64,000 nt of DNA. Source: the human T2T-CHM13v2.0 reference genome, Homo sapiens. The notes beneath the pieces were generated by a model that saw only the letters and a program-made list of their open reading frames with translations, did no database searches and was not told the DNA's origin. Both the position numbers and the translations under genes were made by a program. The DNA is taken from NCBI RefSeq assembly GCF_009914755.1, contig NC_060925.1; one strand, 5' to 3'. Position 1 is the first letter of the stretch, and every line of letters starts with the position of its first letter. Of this stretch, positions 1 to 13,176 are shown piece after piece.

Positions 1-17
1 CGTTTTTCTTTATTTCA

Positions 18-650
<633 letters not shown>

Positions 651-923
651 TTTGCTGTTAGGTCATGCTGTTTTGTAATAGTGATTCTCTATGATTAGCT
701 GGTAATTTGCTGATGATTTATTTAAAGAAATGGCATTGGAACCAACAAACTCAGTGTTTTTTTGTTAATGTTTGCATTTTCTATAAGTTTGCACGTTAAA
801 ACGTTTAACAAACTGTATTAAAATCCCAGAGAGATTATCAGACTGTCTTTTGCTATTATAATTGAATTTAGGATGAATAAAGTGAGCTTAATTATAGATT
901 CACTTTATTGTGTTTGGTTACAG

Positions 924-1013
924 TAACAATTGCTCGAGCAATTGAACTAAAACATGCTCCTGGACTAATTGCTGCACTGGCGTATGAAACAGCCAATTTC
1001 TATCAAAAAGCTG
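924..1013 (+). CDS. BROX: BROX internal coding exon (..V)[29 protein letters not shown](D); the gene begins upstream of the window
   Basis: ttacAG acceptor ends at 923 and GTAAGC donor starts at 1014; 90 nt, phase 1/1. Exons 924-1013, 2499-2584, 3376-3457, 3783-3933, 5113-5272 and 6384-6470 join in one open frame matching the BROX C-terminal half. Confidence 0.95.
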
Positions 1014-2498
1014 GTAAGCTTCTAATTCTGTCGTTACATTTTTAGTCTTTAGATTTTCAGATTTATTTGATCTTGAATAGGGAACAAAACAAAAGGGTTC
1101 TCAGATTCTGTCATTATTTGCAAAACTGGAGTAATATTTTATTTATTGCATTTAAAATAGAGCTGTTCATGTTTAGTATGCTGCATAACTTCTAATGGAG
1201 GGGAAAACCAGTGATGTCTCATAAAATTATACAGCTTTTTTGCTTAAAATTTTTTTTTAGTCTTTATAACAACCTTATAGTTACTATGCTTTAGACAAGA
1301 ATCCAAAATCCAGAGAGTTAACATGACCCATAATTCAACTGCTAGAAAGTGGGAGATTGGGCGTAGAACACAGCTCCTGTGATAAGCCTATTACTCTTCA
1401 TTTACTTATTTAGGAAACATGCATGTGTTTTTATTTATGGGATAGTTACTGTTTTTGTTGCTAAGGAGAGGTAAATAGAAAAGATCTGCAGTTTAGGGAA
1501 GAAGACAAACATGTAACCCCGTTATTATATCCTGAAGTAAGACATCACAGCGGCGAATTAGGAACCTTAACAAGCTGGGCATGCTAAAGAAGGACTCTAG
1601 AAGAAGATGCTTTAGCCTTATTGTGAAGTGTAAATAAAAGTCTTATGTTCCCTAGGAAGCTTTAGAGTTTGGGTGTAGAATTCTATAGTAAGTACAGACA
1701 TAAGAAAGAACTTAGCACATTCTGGAAACTTCAGACAGTGACCTGAAACACAGGATGAGTGGTAGGAGAAGAGTTTGAAAAAGTATGCATGCTTGGAATC
1801 AAACACTGGTTTGTAAGCCATTCTGTAGATACTTGGGAATGTATCTACATTAAAAGCCTGACTTGATTGGATTTGAATTTAAGAAAGGTCCCTATAGTTG
1901 CAGTATTAGAGATAGGCTTGCTACATGAAGGAGTAATAGGCTAACTTAACTTAGCACTTAAGAAATTCTTAAAGTTTATGAAGGAAATGATGAAAGCTTT
2001 GGCAAATACAGCAACGTAGCAAATAGGAAAAAATAGATTTGAGAGATGTTTGGTAGAAGGATATGTGAGTGAATGTGTGTGTGTTTCACATAAAATTCAG
2101 TGATGGGGGTAGAGAGGAGAGTATCCTATTTCTGATTTGAGTGACTAGACTACTATTTGTTTTGCTATATTATATAAGTTTTTTAAATTAGCTAATATAA
2201 CGGTATAAACAGTATTCACCTTGAAGTTCTTGGTCACAATCTGTTTTTATCATTATCTTTAACTTAAAGTTGTATTAACCATCAAATCAAAGAGCTGCCA
2301 TAGTATTTAACCAATCTTATGTAACTTAAAGTATAGATTTGGTAAAATCAAGTAAAGGTGTTTTTAAAAAAAAATTAAATTCTTGAGTTTTAGACTTGAA
2401 TGGCATTCTTTCTGCTTTTATCATCAGAACACATGAACTAAAAGTCTTCTAGTGAATCAGGGCGAAATTATATTTTGCTTTTTAAAATGTAACTTTAG

Positions 2499-2584
2499 AT
2501 CATACTTTATCCAGTTTGGAGCCTGCATATTCTGCCAAATGGAGAAAATATCTTCACTTGAAGATGTGTTTCTACACAGCTTAT
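2499..2584 (+). CDS. BROX: BROX coding exon (D)[28 protein letters not shown]
   Basis: ctttAG at 2497-2498, GTAAGT at 2585; 86 nt; frame continues from the previous exon; overlaps ORF-track entry 2516..2701. Confidence 0.95.
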
Positions 2585-3375
2585 GTAAGTATTCACAACG
2601 CTAAAAACAATGTAAATTATTGTTTCTCCAGCCCTTGGAGTGCCAGGTCTCTCATCTCACCAGAGTCTTTCATTAGCATTTTACAAATAATGGACAGCTA
2701 ACTCTCAGTAAATGTTCACTGAGAGTCAGTGCAACCATTGTGAACTAAAGTGGGTGGAAAGAGATGATGTAGGATTGTAGAAGTGGATTATAGCAATAGA
2801 ATTATTGTTTGATTGAAAACCCACTTGCAGCATACTTAATGAAATTCTTTCAATTGTTTCATCCTGTGCATTGAGAAACATATTTACTAATTCTAATATT
2901 AAGGCATATCACACAATATATCACCTAGCTTAGTGAAGAACCATCAATAAACATCATTTTGGAAGTTACGTATCAGTCTGTTATACCCACCAAACTTAAT
3001 TGTTTTGTTAATTAGAATATCATATGAGAGATCATCAGAAACCTTTTTCAGGTCTGAGTAGATAATATTTCTTATACCTCCTTCTTCCTATGCATTAGCA
3101 CAATAATTTCCTCCTTTATCTACTATTTCCTAATTTTAAATACAGATTTCAGCAAATAACTTTTTCTCAGTACATGGTTAGAAGGCTGTTTGGGCTCAAG
3201 ACTTGACATATTTCCACCTTTTCTATGAACAAAGGTTGGGGAAGAGCTAAAATGTAAGGGATTGCATTGATACTTCAGTGTATGAAGGTACTAATTTATC
3301 TGATAGATACATAAAACAATAGGGGAAAGCATCTTGAAGGGAGAGAATGAATAAAAAATTTGTTTATTTCATCAG

Positions 3376-3457
3376 GCTTACTGTTACCATGGTGAGACTT
3401 TATTGGCTAGTGATAAATGCGGTGAAGCAATCAGGTCTCTCCAAGAAGCAGAAAAAT
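3376..3457 (+). CDS. BROX: BROX coding exon [27 protein letters not shown](L)
   Basis: atcAG at 3374-3375, GTAAGT at 3458; 82 nt; in frame. Confidence 0.95.
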
Positions 3458-3782
3458 GTAAGTTTTCCTGCCAGAATATTAACTCCCCTTTAAAAAACAA
3501 ATGACTTTATCATAAAAGGGAATATATGCTTAAAGAGATTTTGGCTGAGTTCATGAAAGGGAAATGGGAATGGGTGACATAATTGGAGAAAAGAAAAAAA
3601 TGTTTCAGAAACCTAGAACCTGTAGAAAATACACACCTTCTACTTACAGTATTATTATTGGTATTGCTATTATATTAGGTAAAGAGCAGTAAATGTCTTA
3701 TCACCTCCAGTTTAAAGCCTTGTAGGGATAAATAGGCAGTGTTAATTATAATCAAAAGACTTTAAATCTCTTTCACATGCAG

Positions 3783-3933
3783 TGTATGCAAAGGCAGAAG
3801 CACTGTGTAAAGAATATGGAGAAACCAAAGGACCTGGACCAACAGTCAAACCTTCAGGACATCTGTTCTTTAGGAAACTTGGAAACCTTGTGAAGAACAC
3901 CCTAGAAAAATGTCAGAGAGAAAATGGATTTAT
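3783..3933 (+). CDS. BROX: BROX coding exon (L)[49 protein letters not shown](I)
   Basis: tgcAG at 3781-3782, GTGAGT at 3934; 151 nt; with the next exon it encodes the Bro1-domain-like RENGFIYFQKIP segment. Confidence 0.95.
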
Positions 3934-4069
3934 GTGAGTACAGTTTAATATTACTTTAGTAATAATATTATGTTGATTTATGATTATATTAAAATATTAA
4001 TATTTTAGTAATATCATTTCTGTTAGTCTCTATTCCCAAAAGTTTTATGTTGAATAGCACTCACTCATG

Positions 4070-4352
4070 GGCTAGGCGTGGTGGCTCACAACTGTAATCC
4101 CAGCACTCTGGGAGGTCAAGGAGGGTGAATCCCTTAAGCCCAGGAGTTTGAGACCAGCCTGGGCAACATGGCAAAAACCTGTCTCTACAGAAAATACAAA
4201 TAAATTAGCTGGGCATGGTGGCACACGCCTGTAAATCCAAGCTACTCAGGATGAGGTGGGAGAATCATCTGAAGCTGGGAAGTCAAGGCTGCACTGAGCC
4301 ATGATTAAGTCACTGCACTCCCGCCTGGGCAAGAGTGAGACACTGTCTCAAA
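4070..4352 (+). mobile_element. Alu (J-like)
   Basis: Two-arm Alu consensus. Confidence 0.9.
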
Positions 4353-5112
4353 TATATATAGTATTTATGTTTCACGTTAATTTTCTCTTTAAATTCGTGA
4401 TAAATTTCAGTTGTGTAGGGCCTTTTATTCTACTTAGGATGATAATATATAAAAGCAGACTTTAAAATTAAAACATGAGTTATTAACGTAGAGTTAACTT
4501 CATTAGGACACTCACAGTGTCCTCATTTTCTCTTAACTCTGTTTCCCTGCCATTCTTCCTCCATATGTTTTAAATACATCTTCTCAACCTCCTTTGCATA
4601 TTCGTCTCACTCTGGTTTCAGCTACCTATAAAGAAGGAAAATAAATTTTCTCTCCAGTTTTTCTTGCTTTTTTTCAAGAGGTTTTCCATTATTAAATCAC
4701 TGCTGTTCAAACTGTAGATCACCATCTGTGTAGGTGGGTAGACTCAATCTCCTTCCTGCTTTTATGTCCTTACATTCTTCCCCTTATATTCTTCATCTAG
4801 TCATAATGAGCTTTTCACTTCCTTAAGCATGCCTAGTTCACCTTTAATCACTTCCTTCGGAAAGAGTCACTGAACTTAATTCTGGGTTAATTCCCCTTGT
4901 CTGCATTCTCATGGCACTCTACATCCATGGTAGCTCCAATTACATTGCATTGTAATTGACAAAAGTTTCTTGACTTTTTCACTTTCCTACATAAGGCAGA
5001 AAAACCTCTTATCCATCATTAAATTGTCATTGTCCCAAACAGGACCTTGAACATATTAGGCACTCAAATAACGAACAAATGAATGAATTGCTATTTAAAT
5101 TATTTTTTGCAG

Positions 5113-5272
5113 TTACTTTCAAAAAATTCCAACAGAAGCCCCACAGCTGGAACTCAAAGCAAATTATGGTCTCGTAGAGCCTATACCTTTCGAATTTCCT
5201 CCTACAAGTGTTCAGTGGACACCAGAAACATTGGCTGCATTTGATCTCACCAAAAGACCCAAGGATGACAGT
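5113..5272 (+). CDS. BROX: BROX penultimate exon (I)[53 protein letters not shown]
   Basis: ttttgcAG at 5111-5112, GTATGA at 5273; 160 nt; in frame. Confidence 0.95.
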
Positions 5273-5961
5273 GTATGAGATTGTTTTTTTTTTTCCCTCT
5301 CATTCACAAAAGTTTAAAAGAAAATTCAGAGTTAGCATTTTGATATTTTTCTCTAAATAGATACATATCTTTGTCTAAATGTTAAGTTAGCTAGTTATAT
5401 AGTGCTTAATGTAATCTGTGGTAGAACATTCTCAGAGATAAGACCTCTAGGCCTTAAATGTCTTCTGATTTTCTACATAATGACATTCTTTTCAACACAT
5501 TATCTTGCCTCTTTACAACTTGTCAGTGCCTCCTTTAAGAAGAATGTGGGAGAAAAGATCATCCATGTTTATACTGCTATAGCAATACTCTGTTTTTGTT
5601 TTAGCAAATTGCAGAGCATTTGCAGATTTGGCCTAATTTCAGTATTCTGTGAATCCAGGTGTAAAATAAGAGTGCTTTTATTTATTGGTATCTAAGTACA
5701 TCTTGGTGTTCTAAATCAAATAGTAAATTAAGTGGAAATTTTGAGGTCTAACTACCAAAAGACTAGGGATCTGTGACAAATGAATAAGAATTATTTTACA
5801 GCCATTGCTCCTTTCTTGAGATTGAGTTGTGTTTATATAATTTCCTTTCCATATTAAAATTTATTCCTTAAAATAACTATCTTTATATTCTGTTCAGCTA
5901 TAAAATAATGCCCTAAGAGATAGCCTATTGCTGTCATAAGTTATGTCTAAGCTTTAGGGTT

Positions 5962-6111
5962 CTTTTTTTAATTATTATTATTATTATACTTTAAGTTTTA
6001 GGGTACATGTGCACAATGTGCAGGTTAGTTACATATGTATACATGTGCCATGCTGGTGTGCTGCACCCATTAACTTGTCATTTAGCATTAGGTATATCTC
6101 CTAAAGCTATC
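5962..6111 (-). mobile_element. Short L1PA 3'-end fragment in the last BROX intron
   Basis: ttattatactttaagttttagggtacatgtgcacaatgtgcagg is the reverse complement of the L1PA 3' terminus. Confidence 0.9.
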
Positions 6112-6383
6112 ATGTATAGATAGATCACTTAGAAAAAAGTATGGAGTAGGAGTACCATTAGCTTGGTTTTTGCCTACCAAACTAGGTTTTCATCTCTACT
6201 GAAATGTTGTTTTCTGATTATATCTTAAAATGAATTGGTCTGTAGTTTCTGGAAATAGCTTTGTCAGTATCCATGTTATGTAATTTAATATAGCATCTTT
6301 TAAAAGTCTGAAGTGGAAAAGATTTAGTGTTTGTTTTCTCAATCTTAGTTTATGTACTTAAACTGTGGTTTTTTTCTCCCTAG

Positions 6384-6470
6384 ACTAAACCCAAACCAGA
6401 AGAAGAAGTGAAACCTGTGAAAGAACCAGACATCAAACCTCAAAAGGACACTGGGTGCTACATCTCCTAA
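6384..6470 (+). CDS. BROX: BROX last coding exon TKPKPEEEVKPVKEPDIKPQKDTGCYIS* with the CAAX prenylation motif CYIS
   Basis: Pyrimidine tract plus tAG at 6382-6383; TAA at 6468-6470; a terminal CAAX is the defining feature of BROX. Confidence 0.96.
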   Translation, partial: TKPKPEEEVKPVKEPDIKPQKDTGCYIS

Positions 6471-6807
6471 AATACAACTTGCACTTAGAATTTCTCTAGC
6501 AGTAAATAAGATAAACCACAGAATTTCAGTTCTTATTTCTCAAAATGATTTCTCTGAAGCTTGTAGAATAACTATTATATTCAGAGGGTTATCTGCCTTC
6601 AGCTTACTTGTTCTTAATTTTTAATACAGCGGAGATGTTTCTTGCTTTGTTTTCAGACTCTCCTTTTTAATCAGGACAACATTTGAAAGATTTTATTGTG
6701 CCTCTAAGGGGTATATTTGGGGGTTGGGTCTTTTTGTTAAACTCTGGATAGTAATAAGTTTCAGGTCAGTATAGGCCCGAATCATGTGGTTTCAGGTATG
6801 TTTTTCT

Positions 6808-6813
6808 TTTTTC

Positions 6814-6851
<38 letters not shown>

Positions 6852-7136
6852 TTGAGGTGGAGTCTCCCTCTGTTGCCCAGGCTGGAGTGCAGTGGCATGA
6901 TCTCGGCTCACTGCAACCCTCCACCTCCTGAATTAAAGTGATTCTCCTGCCTCAGCCTCCCGAGTAGCTGGGATTACAGGCACGCACCACTACACCCAGA
7001 TAATTTTTGTATTTTTAGTAGAGACGTGATTTCACCATGTTGGCCAGGCTGGTCTCGAACTCCTGACCTCAGCTGATCTGCCCGCCTTGGCCTCCCAAAG
7101 TGCTGGGATTACAGGCGTGATCCACTGCACCTGGCC
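6808..7136 (-). mobile_element. Antisense AluS in the BROX 3' UTR with a 16-nt TSD
   Basis: PolyT head plus Alu consensus; TSD tcaggtatgtttttct at 6792-6807 and 7137-7152. Confidence 0.93.
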
Positions 7137-8004
7137 TCAGGTATGTTTTTCTATCTACACACAAAAAGTTTATTTTCCTTCCTCTTATTTGATATCAGAA
7201 GAATGACAGGAATCAGTTTTTAACAGAGATAGTTTTTCCGTTTCTCCATTGTGTTAATCAGAGCGCAGACTTACATTCTCAGTCATTTATCTTTTCTGGT
7301 GGAGAATAAAAAGTCACTTATAGTTAAAGATCAGAAAATTATCACACCAAATCCATTACATATGTTAGAATCAATAATTTACTCAAAAATCAGCTTTTAT
7401 AGGTATGTTGGCACCTTATCCAAGAACTTATCCCTGTTCCAGTACCCCTGTGCTTCATTCAGTATCAGTAACCCTGCAATGATTTTTACAAATATCTTTT
7501 TCTAGTGGGTTTTTTACTTAGAGGAAAGAACTTTGTAATAGCTCTTAATGTTTATATATAAGAGAAGACAGAATGGAAAATGTTTTTTGAAGTCAAATAT
7601 TGCATGATGTAAAGAAAAAACTTTAAACTTAAATGAGTAGGTTGTCCTGAATTACACTGGTAACTCTCTACTTCTTTATTAAAGAAGTTATAGTAAGATG
7701 CCTTTGTTACCTGATTTCAGTGTACATTGTTTTTATGTGGTTTTCTGATAATGTCCTGTCAGAATTGTATTGGTTTAGGCCAAAGGCCATAGCAAAAACA
7801 TAGAGAACAAATATGATCTTAAAAATAGATTGTAACATTTTAAACAATTAGTTTAGTAATTTGGGAAATAGTGGATGCATAATACTTTAACAGAAGTCAC
7901 ACATCTGTAGGTTTATCTTTTGATTATTCTCCTGAGGCATTAGATAGTTTTTCTATTATAAGTGACAGATTGACTCACTTAATATAAATAAGTAGCATAC
8001 ACTA

Positions 8005-8090
8005 AAAGCTTACTATGTGCCAGATACTGTGCTGGACACTTACATAGATAAGCCATTGAATCCACACAGCAGCCCTGTAAGAAATAAGTA
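8005..8090 (-). mobile_element. MIR fragment in the BROX 3' UTR
   Basis: gcttactatgtgccagatactgtgct..aatccacacagcagccctg resembles the MIR core. Confidence 0.6.
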
Positions 8091-8920
8091 AAATCTGCAT
8101 AAAGTGTTGAAATAGGAATATACATTTCATTATGAAAAATGAATAGATTATGCCTATCTGAATCAATATTGCATTCAAATAAGTGATTACTTAAATCATA
8201 TATCATAGTTTACACTCCTTAAAAAAAGGTACATAAATTCAGTGAGGTTTTTTTCTTAACATACAGAAGTACTAAATACTGCTTGCAGTATAATATTGAT
8301 ATTGGAAGCTGCAGTTTCCAGAATAAGTGGAGTAATAACTAAACAGACATTTAATTTTATTTCAATATCTATGGAAAAAACACTTATTAAATCTCCCTGT
8401 ATTTTATGTTGTCTTTATTACAGAATCACTTGTCTGTTTGTTGTGTGCCACTTACTGACAAAACTTTAAACAGTACTTGATGCCAGCTCTCTACTCTGTG
8501 GCTGTGGGACCTGTTTCTTTTAGGTACTTGTGCTTATTAATCTACTTACTAAATTTTCACATTGACATTTTTGGGGATGATACTACCATATACGAAATGG
8601 AAAATGTAATATGCTCAGTGCTTCTGTAAAATGCAGCAATACTGGTATTACTTTACATCAGTAGGCATCTTTGACATGAGCATATAAATATTTTGTTGAC
8701 TCAGCAAAGGTGACACTTTGTGACTAAAGTATCCCATTATATATAATGTTTTTTGAAATGTTGGAAATTTTGGGGAATTATCAAATGTATAGAAGTTGCA
8801 TGAAGGTTATAGAGAGGTGTAACTGTTTGTTAACTATTACATGGATTTCATACTAGGCAGTGACAACTAACATGTTACTTCAACTAAAAGTGTATAATGG
8901 GTTGTCTTTTTATTTATGAA

Positions 8921-8926
8921 AATAAA
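8921..8926 (+). terminator. Likely main BROX polyadenylation signal AATAAA
   Basis: Canonical hexamer with a downstream U/GU-rich element; other hexamers at 7305, 7678, 8386, 9654 and 9760. Confidence 0.6.
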
Positions 8927-9054
8927 AGTAATTTTACTTACAATTTCATTGAGATCTTTTGTTTTTCGACAAATATTTTTATACTTACTAAGCCAGTAGC
9001 AGTTAAAACAGTGCAAAATTATTCTTCACAGTAATGTTTTAAAATGACAGATAA

Positions 9055-9278
9055 CCAGGCATGGTGGCTTACGCCTATAATCCTAGCATTTTAGGAGGCT
9101 TGGGCAGGAAGATTGCTTGAGCCCAGGAGTTGAGACCAGCCTGGACAACGTGGTGAAACCCTGTCTCTGTAAAAAATAAAAAATTAGCTGGGTATGGTGG
9201 CACGTGCAGTGAACCACAGTCATGCCACTGCACTCCAGCCTGGGCGACACAGTGAGGCCCTGTCTCAAAAAAAATAAA
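9055..9278 (+). mobile_element. Sense Alu with an internal right-arm deletion
   Basis: Alu consensus jumps from ggtggcacgtgc directly to agtgaacc. Confidence 0.88.
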
Positions 9279-10912
9279 ATGACAAACATTTGCATCAATT
9301 GTTTTATGCTTCATGGGTTCATTAAATATTCAACGCTCCTTGTTCAGTTTCTACTTATGTTTATTGGCACCTATCACTTCTTAATCTCAAAGGATTTTGA
9401 TTGGCCTGTTTATGTCTCGTGCTTAGTAATAGCCAACATGATACAGTATTTGTACTATGGTACGCTAAGCTAAAGAGTGTATCATTATCGCTGTACAATA
9501 ATCTGTAGAAAACTCTATTCCTTGCAAACTTGAGGCAGCACTTTTAGCGTTGTATAAATGCATGCAGAAATAATACCATATTCAGAATTCTTTCAGAATT
9601 AGAGTACTCATGCTTTAGAAAATACTGGGTTTCTTATCTCTTAATGTGTGTAAAATAAACTTGGAATGTCACTTTGGGTTACCATAAGTTTGTATCTAAA
9701 GATTTTATTTGACATTTGAATAATTTGCTTAAAATTTAAATATTTAAGAATGTTATAGTAATAAAGGGATCAAAATAGTTAATCTGGAAGGGGAGTTGAC
9801 AAATTATAAAACAGAAAACTATATTTGATTGTGCATATCCAAAAAGCCAGAGCTATCACTTCAGCAATTTAATGTATCTAATGCCTGTGATTTGCTTGAG
9901 GTCGGTAGAAGCTTATATAGTCACTTTCAGAGCACTCCCCTGAGAAAATGTCAAGACTTGAATTTGCTTCTCTAATGCAGAGCTTCTCAAGTAGTTTGTC
10001 TCAAGCTATTGATCGAAGCCTTCTGGGTGTCTAGCTGGGCAGCACTTAAGGTGGCTGGAGCTCCCAGGCTGGTCGCCTCCAGAATTCCAAACAACTAATT
10101 TTCTCTATCTGCCATGATGTAAAAAATGCTGTGAAACACCACAGTGGGACAGGCATGGACAGGCATGCAGGCAGTGGGGTGCATGTATGTGGTTTAATAC
10201 TGAAAATAAGGATACAAAAATCCTGCCAGGTGATGCTCCTGTAATTCTCAAGGAGCGGCAGTGATTTGTTATTTCACATTTTTCCTCACTCTATCCTTGC
10301 CCCTGACACACACACTGCAAGTCACTGATTGGAGCAGGCCAGTTCCTTCAGGTGAAGGGGCCTAGAGAAATGTCGGTGAATACCCAGTGAATACCACGCT
10401 GTGAAACTCTGCATCTGAGGCACGCAGTGGGGCTTTGGTTCTCTCCTCTCACCAGGGGTTTGACCTTTCAACCACCTCAGAAAAAAGGAAAGGTGGAAGC
10501 AGGAAGGGGGACCAGCAGCTCCAGGCAAGCAATGCTAATTAGCTCCAGCGTAATGACCCAACATCAGTTCTTAGCTGAATTTTAACAGTCCATTTGAAAA
10601 CATTTTCTAGATAAATGAAAATGGAAAGAGCTCTAGAAAATGTTTAAGTGTTACATACTTAAAATAGTATATTTACTTATTGAAGTTAAATGCCAAGATG
10701 TAGAACTAGTGTGTTATTTTCTTGGTACAGATTACAATGCTGTGTTTCAGTGAAGGAGCTAATTGAAATGATTAGTAGATAGATGTAATCAGAAAAATAT
10801 TAAATGAAGATAGTAATTTCTAAAGCAGGAAATAAAGACAGTTACAAGTCTGTTCTTATTTTTCCAATCTGTTATATAACTCCTCCCACCCATTAACCTT
10901 AACTAAATGTAT

Positions 10913-12090
10913 GATTCATTTGTTAAACAAATACTGAGTTCCAGCTACGTGTAAGGCATCATAGGGGCAGAAGATACAGCAGTGAACATAACAGGTAAAA
11001 CCCTCCCCCTCTGCCAAGGGGCAGGACAGGGAGGAAAGGGAAGACAGAGACAGGTGGAATATGGAGTGTTCAGTGTTGGTAAGTGCTAAGGAGAAAAAAT
11101 GAAACAGGAGGTAAGATGCAGAGGGTGGTGGTGAAGGCAATGGGAGGTTGCCTTGAAAGCGGAGCTCAGTGTAGTCTCCATTTGAGTTAAAGACTGGAAA
11201 TGAGCAAGGAAACAGTCTAAGGAAAGAAAGACTAATAGAGCAGCCAGCAGAGAGCTCTCTGCAGAGAGAGAGGGCGGACCTGTGTGGTCAGGGAATTGCA
11301 GGAAGAAGGCCCGTGGGGTTAGAGTGATGTCAGTGGTGGGAGAGTAGTACAAGATGGCGTCAGAAAGCTCGTAGGGGTTAGGTATACAGCCTTGTAGGCC
11401 ATTATGAGGAGTTTGGCTTTTACTCTAGGTGAGACGGGAACCCACTGGAGAGTTTTAAGCAAAGACATGACATGGTCTCACTTAGGATTTAACAATTCTG
11501 GCTCCTTTTCGAGCGTAGACTGGAGGGGGCCAATTAGGAGGCTGCTGCAATAATCTAGGTGAGAGACGACGGCAAGGGTGAGAGATGATAGACCAGGGTG
11601 GTAGCAGTGGAGTAATGAAAAGTATGATTCCAGAAATATCCAAGACAATTTCCTGGCAGATTTGATGTGAGGTGTGATTAAAGAAGAACCAAGAATGACT
11701 TTAGTGTTGTTGGCCTGAGCAACTGGAAGAACAGAGTTGCCATTTATTGAGATGAGAAGGCTGCCAGAAGAGTAGAGGTAAATGTGTGAGTATGTGTGTG
11801 TTGGGGGGATGGAGGGAGAGTTGCACTGAAAGCATGAGCAAAGATTTAGACAAATTAGGATTGAGATGTCCATTAGACAACTAAGAAGAGATGTCAAGCA
11901 GGTAGTTGGATCTGTGAGACTCAGGGAAAAAGTCTGACCTGGAGAATATAAATGTTACAATCATCTGTGTGTGGATAGTATTGAAAGCCACAGGGCCAAA
12001 GGAGATCATCAAGAAAGCAGATAGGAAAGAGAAGAGGTCCAATCACTGAGCCCTGGGGTAATACAATATTTAAAAGGTCAGAGAGATTAT
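10913..12090 (-). mobile_element. L2 LINE fragment (~1.2 kb)
   Basis: attcatttgttaaacaaatactgag..gatacagcagtgaaca is the reverse L2 3' end; body motifs ggagtttggcttttactct, ggaagaacagagttgccatttattgagatg and tgagatgtccattagaca. Confidence 0.8.
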
Positions 12091-12125
12091 ATGGCCTGTT
12101 AATTACATTATATACTTAGGAACTA

Positions 12126-12449
<324 letters not shown>

Positions 12450-13176
12450 TTAAACCAAAGCCAAAAGAAGATCACTTACAAAATACCGACATCTAGGTGT
12501 GAAGCTGGCAATGTTCCCAAGGTTTTTGTAAATAAGTTGATTCCAAACTGTTCACTATTGAGACCCCTCTGTGTGACATGTACCGATTACAAAGATGAAT
12601 TTTGCATAGCATATTCTAAAATGCCCATTAGGTGGCAGAAAAACATTCAGTAAACCAACTGTGAGCTAGCTAGTGCTCACTCTTGTGCTCATTCACGGTC
12701 TCTCTCTCCACTCCCCTCCAACCTCCCAAAGAGCCCTCTGAACTTAAAGATGTATATGGCTATTAATGCACAACACCATAATCATAAAGAACGAAGACTG
12801 GTATTTTCTTCAGAGAGCCAACAGATATCATCAGTCTGTAAGATAATAGAGGCAAGCCAGGTGTACAGGGGATGAGGGTGTGCGTATGTTTCATTTGGTT
12901 TGGAAATGTATGAATTTGGACAGTCTTAAGAGGAGTAAATTGACTATAATGAGACTATTAGGCCTTATTTTTAAACTTTTGATATTTAAGCTTTTTAGCT
13001 TGGGGCAGTGTGAAGAAGTGTTTAGAAAGTAGAAAGCAAGAAAGCCTCTTGGAAAAAAAATAGACAAGATGTCTTACAACTAGCCTGATGTTTAAGCTTT
13101 CTGCAATACACCAAATCCCTAAATCACAAGTCTCTGTTTCAGTTTCAAAGTTTCTTCTTTTCTCACTCTCTTTAGG

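Larger units (their letters stand above)
6471..8945 (+). other. BROX: BROX 3' UTR (main form; 3' end approximate)
   Basis: Follows the stop codon, AU-rich; AATAAA at 8921-8926 is followed by a U/GU-rich stretch near 8956-8966. Confidence 0.65.
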
